Positions 10,971 through 21,310 of a DNA stretch of 64,000 bases are shown here, one piece after another (within the stretch, counting starts at the first letter, position 1; each line of letters begins with the position of its first letter). A model generated the notes under the pieces. That model was given only the letters and a program-made list of their open reading frames with translations. It was not told the origin of the DNA and did no database searches. This DNA is from Nitrosopumilaceae archaeon (GTDB lineage: Archaea > Thermoproteota > Nitrososphaeria > Nitrososphaerales > Nitrosopumilaceae), in assembly GCA_965209085.1 (NCBI GenBank), contig OZ242376.1:768001-832000 (forward strand), written 5' to 3'. A program made the position numbers and the translations under genes.

Positions 10971-12403
10971 GTCATGTCACAACTATTGAAAATTCTATTG
11001 GAAATTCCATCCAAAATGACAGTAAATATTTCAAAAACACACATCTGTCATCGATATCCGGACCCATTTGTTATCAAACCGTAATTTTACACAAAAATCT
11101 TCCAAAATTCACACATCTGCATACAGCGTCCGCTAGGCTTATTGCAGTTTGTGTCAGTGTACGGCACATATTAACAAATTGTACACTAGGATTTTCATGC
11201 CAATTTCTTGCTTTATGTTTTTCATATGTCTTGATCATACATGTTCTCCAAACCTTTCTTTGAATATTGCAAAAACAATTTCAGAGTGCCATCTTTTTCC
11301 ATACTCTATATCTTTTTTCCATTTTTTCAGATTTTCCTTTCGTTTTTGTATTGAAACATCATCCATTGTACGCTTGCTTGCATCTCCTCCAAGCTGATCT
11401 TGCACCGCCGTATTGCGTTCATGACTGCCGCCTGACAGTGCTGAATTGATACGCACCTTTAACAGACCAGACATGCAAAGTTTGTCACACACGTTGTAAT
11501 TTTCTTTTGTACCGTATGCCCCATCGCCAAGAATTTTCATCATTGTGTTTTTGTATTTGGCAGTCTCTTCAGTTGAATCCATCTCAGATATCATGTGCGC
11601 AAGCTGCCATCTGATCTTTTTGCGTGCCTTTCTTATCATCTGTGGAAACTGTGATGCATCCCCCTTGTTGCTTTTTGTTATCTTAAAATCGAGTATTTCA
11701 AGCGTTTCTACGTTTATGATAAGATGCAGTTTTAGAAACGGACTTGATATGCCCCATTTTTCTTTTATCCATGATCCAAGTTTTGATAGTTTCAGTCCGC
11801 TTGAATCAATAGAGATGAGCATCGTAGGCTGTCCGTTCATGCGCCTTGTCGGATCAAGTGTTTTTAAAGACAGACCACACATGCGGGCCATCTTTTCCAA
11901 TCCGTTATCAGAAATGTCCAATCTCTGTATGCGTTTGTATATCGTACTGCTAGATGGAGATGCATCATCCATTACTTTTCTAACCATCCCTTCAATAGTG
12001 CAGCTTGAGTAACTTGTGCACGCTTGGATTACCGATAATACCCAAAAAAGCTTGTCCGGATACATGTAACGTCTGCCGTTCTTACATTTGTTCATGCATT
12101 TGAGTTCTTTTTTGTATTCTTTTGGGACTGCAAACTGGCTCAGATGGCCAAACAGCATGGATGCAGCACGGCTTTTCAGGTTTTTCTCGGCAATTCTTTT
12201 TTATCCGCCTCTTTGGTTTCTGCATTCGATATTTTTATTACACAGTGCTTTCTACTCATAGTGGATCATCTCCGTGGGTGTTTCTCATAATTCGTCCACT
12301 TTGTGGGATGATCTAAATCTATGGAATCAAAATTGTCGCCAACTTGGATATTTTAATATCGTTTTAGTCAAAATGTCAGAATTAGGCAGGTTGTGATATG
12401 ACC
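10970..12403 (-). mobile_element. IS5-family (IS903-like) element copy 1; transposase 11235-12158 with premature stop
   Basis: TIRs GGTCATGTCACAAC/GTTGTGATATGACC, TA flanks; IDSSG..KLHL..GDGAY..RWHSE DDE motifs; CGA>TGA versus copy 2. Confidence 0.9.
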
Positions 12404-12628
12404 TATGACTCGGTGCCCGTTATTATTTAATAGATGAATTCATACAGGCACAGATTTCATATATAAAACAAAGTTTAGTTTAAATGTATGAGGCAACATT
12501 GCCAAATTGATTCTGGTACGATCAATCCCATCATGTTACGATAGTTAGGATTATTACACGAGTTCACTCTTGCTTAGCCTCAACTTATAATGGTCATAAC
12601 GTGCATTTAAACTTTTCTAATAGAATTA

Positions 12629-12710
12629 TGTATGAGGTCAGCACCTCGTGCTATTTTATGCCTACATCTTCATTTATTGCATAAATTCTAGGCATGACGT
12701 GACCTCACCA
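12629..12710 (+). repeat. ~80-bp imperfect palindrome (TGTATGAGGTCA...TGACCTCA), copy 1
   Basis: Near-identical copies at 19458-19540 (reverse) and 27689-27765. Confidence 0.85.
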
Positions 12711-12757
12711 TGAAATTAAAGTTAATATTCACAATTCATCTATAATTATAGTATATA

Positions 12758-13708
12758 TTGAAAATCCTAATAATTGGTACCTCCAGCGTTATTGGTTCTG
12801 CATTAACTGAGAGATTCCTAAAGATGGGAATTGATGTAACATGCTTGGATATTTGCCGAATAGATGAAGCTTGGAGACTAAACAACGTATGAGATCAGAT
12901 AAAATACATCTGGAAGGCCTCAAACGACCTATTGTTAGACGATATTAGAGGAATTGATGTAATAGTAGACAGCGGGGTAGGGGTGGCAGATCGACCACTT
13001 GGAACATCTAGCCCAACACATACGTTTACTGCAAACCTCGCCCCATCATTTCGGATTTTGGAAACGGTCAGCAAGATGGATGCAAAAAAACCCACAATAA
13101 TCTATCCAAGCTCCTTTAATACGCTGTATGGACATCCTGCAGGATCCGTATATGTTTCAAAAATGCTCCCAAACCCCTCTTCTGTATATGGCTGGACCAA
13201 GGCTGCCGCAGAACTACTTTACAGTACATACCACAAAGCTCATGGAGTACCCTGCGTGATAACACGGGTAGGTAGTGGATATGGGGCTAGAATGAGAAGT
13301 GATGAATTTCCGGCCCAGTTGATATTGAATGTGTTAAAAGGCAGGGATATAACCGTCAGATCTCCAAATGCCAAGAGATTGTGGACATTTGGAGATGACA
13401 TTATTGAATTTTATGCAAAATTAATAGAAAATCTAGACCAGTACATAGGTCAAACACTGCACTGTGCAGGAAATGCTGGAAACAATATTGTCAAGAATAC
13501 GACTCTAGCAAAAATGGTTACAAAAATTGGTAAAAGTGACATCAATATCAAATCTGGCGAATATGAACCGGGCGAGCTGGTCGATGGCAAACCCATATCA
13601 TTTGACATTGAGAGTCAATCCCCAATGTGGAAGCCAAAATTTACCCTGGAAGAAGGATTGACAATGACATACAAGTGGTTTGAGCAGAATTTATTTAGAT
13701 ATTCATAG
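12758..13708 (+). pseudogene. NAD-dependent epimerase/dehydratase (extended SDR) with in-frame stop
   Basis: TTG 12758 gives MKILIIGTSSVIGS Rossmann start; in-frame TGA at 12890; YGWTK (YxxxK) motif downstream. Confidence 0.82.
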
Positions 13709-13902
13709 TATACCATACCATACTCTGATCGAAAATCTTCCAAAATCACATACTTCGATCTAATATATGAAAAAATCTCTCAAAATTGATACTTTCGTAG
13801 GCATATTGTTAAACAGATCTCATAACCAAATGGTGAATTCATACCTTTCTGATCGCAGATTCTGTAAAAACCCTGAAATTTCACATCTAATGATTTTCGT
13901 AA

Positions 13903-14250
13903 GAGTTTGACTCGTCTAAAACTAGATCGCTATTTCAAAAAAACCCTGATCGCAAATATCCACGTGATGCTTGTACCAACCCCCGAATTTACACACTATT
14001 TTGTATATAAAGCAAAAACCCCCGAAATTACACACTCAGGCATAACCCCCGTGGATTACACAGAACCCGGTCAAAGGTTCTGTGAAGTTGGCGGGGGTTG
14101 TGGCTAGGTGTGAAGTTTCGGGGGTTGTTTCTTTATATACAAAATGGTGTGAAATTTCGGGGGTTAATGTAGTATGTTGAGGTATTATTATGGATATTTG
14201 CGATCAGAATTTTTCTAGAATAGCGATCTAATTTTAGATGGGCAGAATTC
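13903..14250. repeat. ~350-bp foldback: two GGTTCTGT ends head-to-head around 8-bp spacer CGGTCAAA
   Basis: ...TACACAGAACC (to 14067) CGGTCAAA GGTTCTGTGAA (from 14076); arms with iterated CCCCGAAATTACACAC motifs and GATCGCAAATATCC. Confidence 0.9.
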
Positions 14251-14252
14251 AA

Positions 14253-14874
14253 TGGTGCGGACCCCTGTAGAGGGAGAATGATTTTTGTATTAAAAATGAT
14301 AGGATCAGAGGGCTCATTTTATCATTGCCCTCCGTGCGGTGCCAAATTCTGATGGCGTCGCATATCCTATTGCAGTGTACCCGGTTCTGATTGTAATCCT
14401 CAAAGGCGTATGATATTGTAGCCTCTGCGTCCTGGAACGTCTCAAAGTCGCGCGGCCAGACATACTCTTTCTTGAGACTCTTATGGAAGGATTCCACATA
14501 ACCGTTTTGCTCTGGCGTGTGATAGTGGATGAATTCCTGCCTCACACCGTATGCTTTTACAGCCTTGCCAAATTGCGCTAAAATATACTGGGAACCGTTA
14601 TCTGTTCTTAGGGTAAGATTTGAGCAATCCGGTTTCTTGGATGCCAAGGCTTAAGTTAATGCTGCAATGGCACCGTCCGTGACCGCTCTTGGCTCAAACG
14701 CATATCCTACCCATTCGCGGGTAAATGCAAAGGATGTTGAATAGGTAACACCATCTGTCCTGACCGCACCAAATGTACATCATGTCAGCCTGCCAAAGTT
14801 GATCAGGTCCTGTGGGTTTTGGGCGCTTCCTTGAGCGAATGATCTCTTTTTTGGGCTTTGCAGGCGTACTCCAG
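14253..14874 (-). mobile_element. IS3-family right-half fragment (degraded orfB)
   Basis: IRR TGGTGCGGACCCCTGTAG; TDNGSQY..PEQNG..ESFH rve motifs; stops/frameshifts. Confidence 0.88.
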
Positions 14875-14912
14875 CCCCCCGAGTGTGGATGTTTTTTGTG
14901 TATGCGTTGATA

Positions 14913-16130
14913 TAGTATAAGAATTTATAATTTACATTTTATCACAAACACACCGAATACAATCTCCATAGTAACAATTACCCCACATTATTGTTTCTAA
15001 AAAATTAGATAATCGTGCAGTTTGACAAGTTTCATCTGATTAGACAATATGACCCGGTCAATTTTCTTTTTCAGGTGTCTGATCGATTCAAAATGCCCAT
15101 TTGATATGCATTTTCGTAAAACACGCCACTGGATTTCTATTGGGTTCAGCTCTGGCGTATACGGTGGAAGATAAATTAAACTGATTCGTCCTTTTCTAGA
15201 TTTGATGTATTCAAATACGTCACGGTGACGATGATAAGATGCATTATCATGCACTATTGTCACACGGCCAAACTCTTTTTCCAGGATTTTTATAAAATCC
15301 AAATGACTGTCTTTGTTTGCTTTATCGTAAAACTCGAATATGAAAGAATCCTTGCTTAAAGCTCCAAACATGGTTATTCTGTGTCTGGTCGGATCTAATG
15401 GAACTTGGGGTTTGCTGCCTATGAGGTACCATGCGTTACGGATATTGGTTGTTGGGTAAAGATGAATCTCATCCATGGATACAGTTACTGCTCCGTGTGC
15501 CTCTCTTTGTGCCAATATGTGCCTAGCTTTTTTTTAAAGCGTTCCTGTTCACTCTTTGATGCAGCTTTGGGATGGTACTGACGGGGTTTTTGAATTGTAA
15601 ATCCAAGACGTTTGAGTAAATTTTGTACAGAACGTGGGACATATTGTACCTTGAATTTTTTCCAAATGTGATCCGTTACCATTACAGTAGACCATGCGGA
15701 CTGACTATATCCGCATTTTTCAGGTCCGGCAATCAGATCCTTTGTTAGTTTTTCAAGCTGTTTTTCTGAAAGATGGCATTCCCTGCCAAGACGTTTTATG
15801 TTGTATCTTGAGGCTAGTCCATCCTCCATTACCCGTATGAGCCATTTGCATACTGTTGTCTCTTTTACGCCAAGCTCCTCGCCAATCTTCTCCATTGTTT
15901 TGTCCTGTTTTCTTTTAATCCATGAGAGAAGACGCTGTTTTGCAACTGGAATCTTTTCTTTTGCATAACAATTTCTAAGATATGTGATGCTCATGTTTGG
16001 CATGAACTCGATGCCTGTCGGAATTCTGTTCTGTCGCGTCATATTTGCTCTTAAATCTGGTGCGATCTAAACGTAGCGATTAAATTTTTGTTACAGAGTG
16101 GTTAAACGTAATTAATAACTTCTTATACTA
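14913..16130 (-). mobile_element. IS630-family element, two ORFs (15485-16042, 14997-15515) joined by frameshift
   Basis: TA flanks, TIR TAGTATAAGAA; HTH ORF + MDE..HDNASYH..YTPELNPIE; A-run at overlap. Confidence 0.92.
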
Positions 16131-16134
16131 TATA

Positions 16135-17568
16135 GGTCATGTCACAACTATTGAAAATTCTATTGGAAATTCCATCAAAAATGACAGTAAATCTTCCAAA
16201 AACACACACCTGTCATCGATATCCGGACCCATTTGTTATCAAACCGTAATTTTACACAAAAATCTTCCAAAATTCACACATCTGCATACAGCGTCCGCTA
16301 GGCTTATTGCAGTTTGTGTCAGTGTACGGCACATATTAACAAATTGTACACTAGGATTTTCATGCCAATTTCTTGCTTTATGTTTTTCATATATCTTGAT
16401 CGTACATGTTCTCCAAACCTTTCTTTGAATATTGCAAAAACAATTTCAGAGTGCCATCTTTTTCCATACTCTATATCTTTTTTCCATTTTTTCAGATTTT
16501 CCTTTCGTTTTTGTATTGAAACATCATTCATTGTACGCTTGCTTGCATCTCCTCCAAGCTGATCTTGCACCGCCGTATTGCGTTCATGACTGCCGCCTGA
16601 CAGTGCTGAATTGATACGCACCTTTAACAGACCAGACATGCAAAGTTTGTCACACACGTTGTAATTTTCTTTTGTACCGTATGCCCCATCGCCAAGAATT
16701 TTCATCATTGTGTTTTTGTATTTGGCAGTCTCTTCAGTTGAATCCATCTCAGATATCATGTGCGCAAGCTGCCATCTGATCTTTTTGCGTGCATGTCTGA
16801 TCATCTGTGGGAACTGTGATGCATCCCCCTTGTTGCTTTTTGTTATCTTAAAATCGAGTATTTCAAGCGTTTCTACGTTTATGACAAGATGCAGTTTTAG
16901 AAACGGACTTGATATGCCCCATTTTTCTTTTATCCATGATCCAAGTTTTGATAGTTTCAGTCCGCTTGAATCAATAGAGATGAGCATCGTAGGCTGTCCG
17001 TTCATGCGCCTTGTCGGATCAAGTGTTTTTAAAGACAGACCACACATGCGGGCCATCTTTTCCAATCCGTTATCAGAAATGTCCAATCTCTGTATGCGTT
17101 TGTATATCGTACTGCTAGATGGAGATGCATCATCCATTACTTTTCTAACCATCCCTTCAATAGTGCAGCTTGAGTAACTTGTGCACGCTTGGATTACCGA
17201 TAATACCCAAAAAAGCTTGTCCGGATACATGTAACGTCTGCCGTTCTTACATTTGTTCATGCATTTGAGTTCTTTTTTGTATTCTTTTGGGACTGCAAAC
17301 TGGCTCAGATGGCCAAACAGCATGGATGCAGCACGGCTTTTCAGGTTTTTCTCGGCAATTCTTTTTTATCCGCCTCTTTGGTTTCTGCATTCGATATTTT
17401 TATTACACAGTGCTTTCTACTCATAGTGGATCATCTCCGTGGGTGTTTCTCATAATTCGTCCACTTTGTGGGATGATCTAAATCTATGGAATCAAAATTG
17501 TCGCCAACTTGGATATTTTAATATCGTTTTAGTCAAAATGTCAGAATTAGGCAGGTTGTGATATGACC
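16135..17568 (-). mobile_element. IS5-family element copy 2; transposase 16319-17323
   Basis: Same TIRs and length as copy 1; uninterrupted DDE ORF. Confidence 0.92.
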
Positions 17569-17570
17569 TA

Positions 17571-17655
17571 GGTTGTTTACTCTGTTAACTCTTATGTCTT
17601 TTCCACTATTTCAGACCTGCTGTTAATTTAGAGTGTTTTTCTGTTAACTTGGGGA
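17571..17655 (+). repeat. 85-bp repeat, copy 2
   Basis: Identical to 10438-10522; abuts IS5 TA. Confidence 0.85.
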
Positions 17656-17755
17656 TGTGGAGACTATTCTGATCGCAATATGTCGTAAAATATGATGTAA
17701 TTTATGCCAGTTTTCTTAAAATCTACTTATGTGGTAGCCCGAACCAAATTTAGTT

Positions 17756-17989
17756 CTACTTTGATGATCTTCTGAGAGTAAAAGATATGACTGCAAATAA
17801 TGCGCATATCGTCATTATTATGACTCCAGATTTGTCCAAGTATGGATTACATTGCATGCAATGATCTATAGCAGGAATGGATGCGATGATCAACACAATA
17901 CCAAAAAACATCACACCAAATGAGACTATCACATATTTGATGCCTGGACAAATGTTATCGGTCATAATGAACAAAACATATGGGTTCAT
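17756..17989 (-). CDS. Small two-TM hypothetical protein
   Basis: Two hydrophobic segments around CMQCNP. Confidence 0.45.
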   Translation of the reverse strand: MNPYVLFIMTDNICPGIKYVIVSFGVMFFGIVLIIASIPAIDHCMQCNPYLDKSGVIIMTICALFAVISFTLRRSSK

Positions 17990-18005
17990 AAAATAATCAA
18001 TTTAC

Positions 18006-18190
18006 GTAACTGTCTAGAGTTTTGAAGTTAAATTGAATAAATATTCTTCCAAATAATCATGAAAGTCCAGATTCCTCAGCCTGCACGTCTCCTTTATATT
18101 CATCAATATCTTGTGAGCTTTGGCGCCGTCCTCTGAGCGGTGACCATTTGTAATCTTGCATATTACTACATTTGGTAGAATCCCCTTGAG
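18006..18190 (-). mobile_element. IS66-family right-end fragment
   Basis: GTAACTGTCTAGAGTTTTGAAG and 3' transposase sequence matching 42506-42690. Confidence 0.88.
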
Positions 18191-18330
18191 CATATTCTGT
18201 TATGTAACATGTTACAATTTTTATCATATTATAGATATTTTGTTGTAAATATGCTAATTTGTGGTATATTGTTATTTGTACTAAATTGTTACAAATACCA
18301 CACCCCTATTTTGCCACGATACGAATGGTG

Positions 18331-18576
18331 TTAAGGTATGTATTTTGTGATTTTTTCTGTCATAATGCGGCAGAGTAAATATAATAAACTAAATAATATG
18401 AACACCAAAAGCATATTTACGTATGGTGGTATGTCACCTAGACCAAAAAAATCAATCTCCCACCAGGTTATTTCTGGAATGTCGGATTGTGTGAATATAC
18501 TCATAGCCATAATAAGTGTCAATATGGAACAAAAATTTTTATTATTAACGTATTTTATAATTCCAGTACCGACCAA
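18331..18576 (-). CDS. Small membrane protein
   Basis: Two hydrophobic stretches; overlaps upstream gene. Confidence 0.4.
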   Translation of the reverse strand: MVGTGIIKYVNNKNFCSILTLIMAMSIFTQSDIPEITWWEIDFFGLGDIPPYVNMLLVFILFSLLYLLCRIMTEKITKYIP

Positions 18577-18919
18577 TATTATATACGATGGGAATTATAA
18601 ACCCAACTGCTAAGATCAAATTATATGGTTCTGGAAGAAGTATATTAGCTGTAAAAGACATAAAAATCATTGCAATGCTGATGATGATAATATTTAATGA
18701 CATATTCACTTGTTTCATATATCGTTGTTTTTTCTTTTTTTTGGCGATTTGTGATCGTAATTTAATTAGTGTTAATTCAATTTCAGCGGATAATTCTATC
18801 TCAACTCTGTCATTCAGTTTTATTTGTGATGATTTTAACTGATCTAATATTTTTGAGTTTTTTACTTCTCTCATACATACTGCATTAAAATTAGAGATTT
18901 CTTCTGTTTTACTCATCAA
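18545..18919 (-). CDS. Hypothetical protein, coiled-coil plus two C-terminal TM helices
   Basis: 1-bp gap after upstream gene; basic stretch then 2 TMs. Confidence 0.5.
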   Translation of the reverse strand: MMSKTEEISNFNAVCMREVKNSKILDQLKSSQIKLNDRVEIELSAEIELTLIKLRSQIAKKKKKQRYMKQVNMSLNIIIISIAMIFMSFTANILLPEPYNLILAVGFIIPIVYNIGRYWNYKIR

Positions 18920-18920
18920 C

Positions 18921-19412
18921 TTACACTCGTCCTACAATGTTATATTTGTAAAGCTCGTCCCACATGTGTTCACAATCACTAACGTCAAAATACGACTTCA
19001 CAACATTGACCATATCTACTGTCTCTTTCTTGGTAGTTTTTATACGAACCCAATAACATATTGAAGATGAAAGCTCCAGTACATCAGCATTCGATTTTTT
19101 ATCGTTCATGAATTTCAGGAAAGAATTGAATTGTAATTGTGTCTCCTTGGATTTATATTCCATATTTATTTTGGGGATTTCTTGATAAATATCCATCAAA
19201 TCAAATCCATCAGATGTCAGATCTGGTGAATATACTCCATAACGATACCAGTTGTATTCATATCCTAAATCAATACCAAATGATTTTAGGATATATATTG
19301 TTTTTTGAAGTATTAGTCGATCATCAAACTTATTCATGTTGAAATAGTCGATATTCTTCAATATTATGCCCAAATGATAGATTCTCTTCTCGTCTTGATT
19401 CATTTTTATCAC
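18921..19412 (-). CDS. SocA/YwgA-like winged-helix protein (putative antitoxin)
   Basis: RLILQKTIYIL..GIDLGYEYNWYRYGVYSPDL..LEL(S)SSI pattern. Confidence 0.6.
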   Translation of the reverse strand: MIKMNQDEKRIYHLGIILKNIDYFNMNKFDDRLILQKTIYILKSFGIDLGYEYNWYRYGVYSPDLTSDGFDLMDIYQEIPKINMEYKSKETQLQFNSFLKFMNDKKSNADVLELSSSICYWVRIKTTKKETVDMVNVVKSYFDVSDCEHMWDELYKYNIVGRV

Positions 19413-19457
19413 TTATACTATGGTTGACATCATAATTAAGTATTCGATGGTTGTTAA

Positions 19458-19540
19458 TGTGCGAGGTCACGCCATGCCTAGAATTTATGCAATAAATGAA
19501 GATGTATGCACAAAATAGCACGAGGTGCTGACATCATACC
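19458..19540 (-). repeat. ~80-bp imperfect palindrome, copy 2
   Basis: Reverse complement of 12629-12710 with few substitutions. Confidence 0.85.
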
Positions 19541-19638
19541 ATAGAACCGAAATGTTTGTAAATGTCTAGAGTTTTGAAGTTGCATGCGTATTTGATCCTA
19601 AAATATGATAAATTTTAACATATTTTAAGCGTGTAGCT

Positions 19639-20881
19639 TGGTGCGGACCCCTGTAGAAGGAGAACGTTTTTTGCATTAAAAATGATAGGATCAGAGGGCT
19701 CATTTTATCATTGCCCTCCGTGCGGTGCCAAATTCTGATGGCGTCGCGTATCCTATTGCAGTGTACACGGTTCTGATTGTAATCCTCAAAGGCGTATGAT
19801 ATTGCAGCCTCTGCGTCCTGGAACGTCTCAAAGTCGCGCGGCCAGACATACTCTTTCTTGAGACTCTTGTGGAAGGATTCCACATGACCGTTTTGCTCTG
19901 GCGTGTGATAGTGGATGAATTCCTGCCGTACACCGTATGCTTTTACGGCTTTGCCAAACTGTAATGAAACATACTGGGAACCGTTATCTGTTCTTAGAGT
20001 AAGATTTGAGCAATCCGGTTTCTTGGAGGCCAAAGCTTCAGTTAATGCTGCAATGGCACCGTCCGTCACCGCTCTTGGCTCAAACGCATATCCTACCCAT
20101 TCACGGGTAAATGCATCAAGGACGTTGAATAGGTAACACCATCTGTCCTGACCGCACCAAATGTACGTCATGTCAGCTTGCCAAAGCTGATCCGGTCTTG
20201 TGGGCTTTGGGCGCTTCCTTGAGCGTATGATCTCTTTTTTGGGTTTTGCAGGCGTATTCCAGCCTAGATAATGGTATATTTTCTTAATCTTTTTGCGGTT
20301 TACGGGTTTGCCTGTAATACGAGACATGGTGGTTGCCATTCTTCGTGTTCCATACGTGGGTCTGTTCGAAGCAACCTGTTGCACTAGTTTTGAGATTTCT
20401 TTATCAATTCCGATAACGCGTGGTTTTTTGACAGCATACAGTCTCTTGTTGGACGCTCCAGTATAGCGTGCGGATTTGCGAAGACTCAAACCTTGCTCCT
20501 GCATGAGTGTAACGGCTTTCATTTTATACTCCCCAGTAACGTTTTTTTTAAAACATCATTGGCGATGGTCAGCTCACCAATGAGCTTTTTGAGGGATTCA
20601 TTTTCACTTGTAAGCGTCTTGACTGCATTGTCTCTGGGCTTGCCTGAAAGAGCAGCTTTGCCAGATTCAATGAATGACTCCCTCCAACGACTGAATGTTA
20701 TCGGACTGATGTTGTGTCTACGGCACAGCTCAGCTGGGGTAATGTGTGTGTTTATTGACTCCATGATGATACGCACCTTTTCATCTGGAGCACGATGTGG
20801 TTTTTTCATTGACAAATCCACTCCAGAGGGGGTAAAATTTGTAACACTTTGAGTGTTCTCATTTTATGGGGGCCCACTCCA
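19639..20881 (-). mobile_element. IS3-family element (orfA 20519-20821, orfB from 20522), most complete copy
   Basis: TG..CA TIRs; HTH orfA, A-run slippery site, orfB WQADMTY..DNGSQY..ESFH; 2-bp deletion near HSAIGY end. Confidence 0.92.
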
Positions 20882-21310
20882 ATCCTCGCAATGAACATGT
20901 AATTCAATTATTTTTATTTTTTATTCAATATTATGACATTCTAGTTATGTGATATTGGCAATTGATCTCTGTTACCTTGACGTAGACTAGCTTTGGCAGG
21001 TACCTGTCGTTCGTTACATCCAGGGCATACGGTGTATAGCTAGAATTCATCCACTATTACACGTTAGAGCGGAATACCATCTTTGGTAGGTGAATACGAC
21101 GTATGTTTGAGGAGGTCTAGACAGATGGTGTCCCACGTTAAACGTACTGGACGCGTTTATCCGTGAATGTGTTGGATATGCGTTCCGTCTAAAAATCATG
21201 ACATAAGGTATCATTATTGTACTTACAAAAGATTTGGCATCTGTATGACATATTTATTTTTAGAATTCTAGATCGATAGATTTAAAGAAAACATTTATGC
21301 AGTATAAAAA

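Noticed and set aside
12890-12892. TGA as selenocysteine or readthrough
   Set aside because: Non-catalytic position, likely CGA>TGA; the glycine motif is also degraded, so pseudogene is simpler.
13907-14107. Similar short ORFs at 13907, 37599 and the 5' part of 30252-30686 (TPEFTHYFVYKAKTP)
   Set aside because: Translations of the non-coding repeat arms; frames and starts are not conserved.
13960-14170. CRISPR-like periodic CCCCGAAATTACACAC motifs
   Set aside because: Repeats are short and degenerate, inverted about a centre, and the intervening sequences are conserved between copies; no cas genes.
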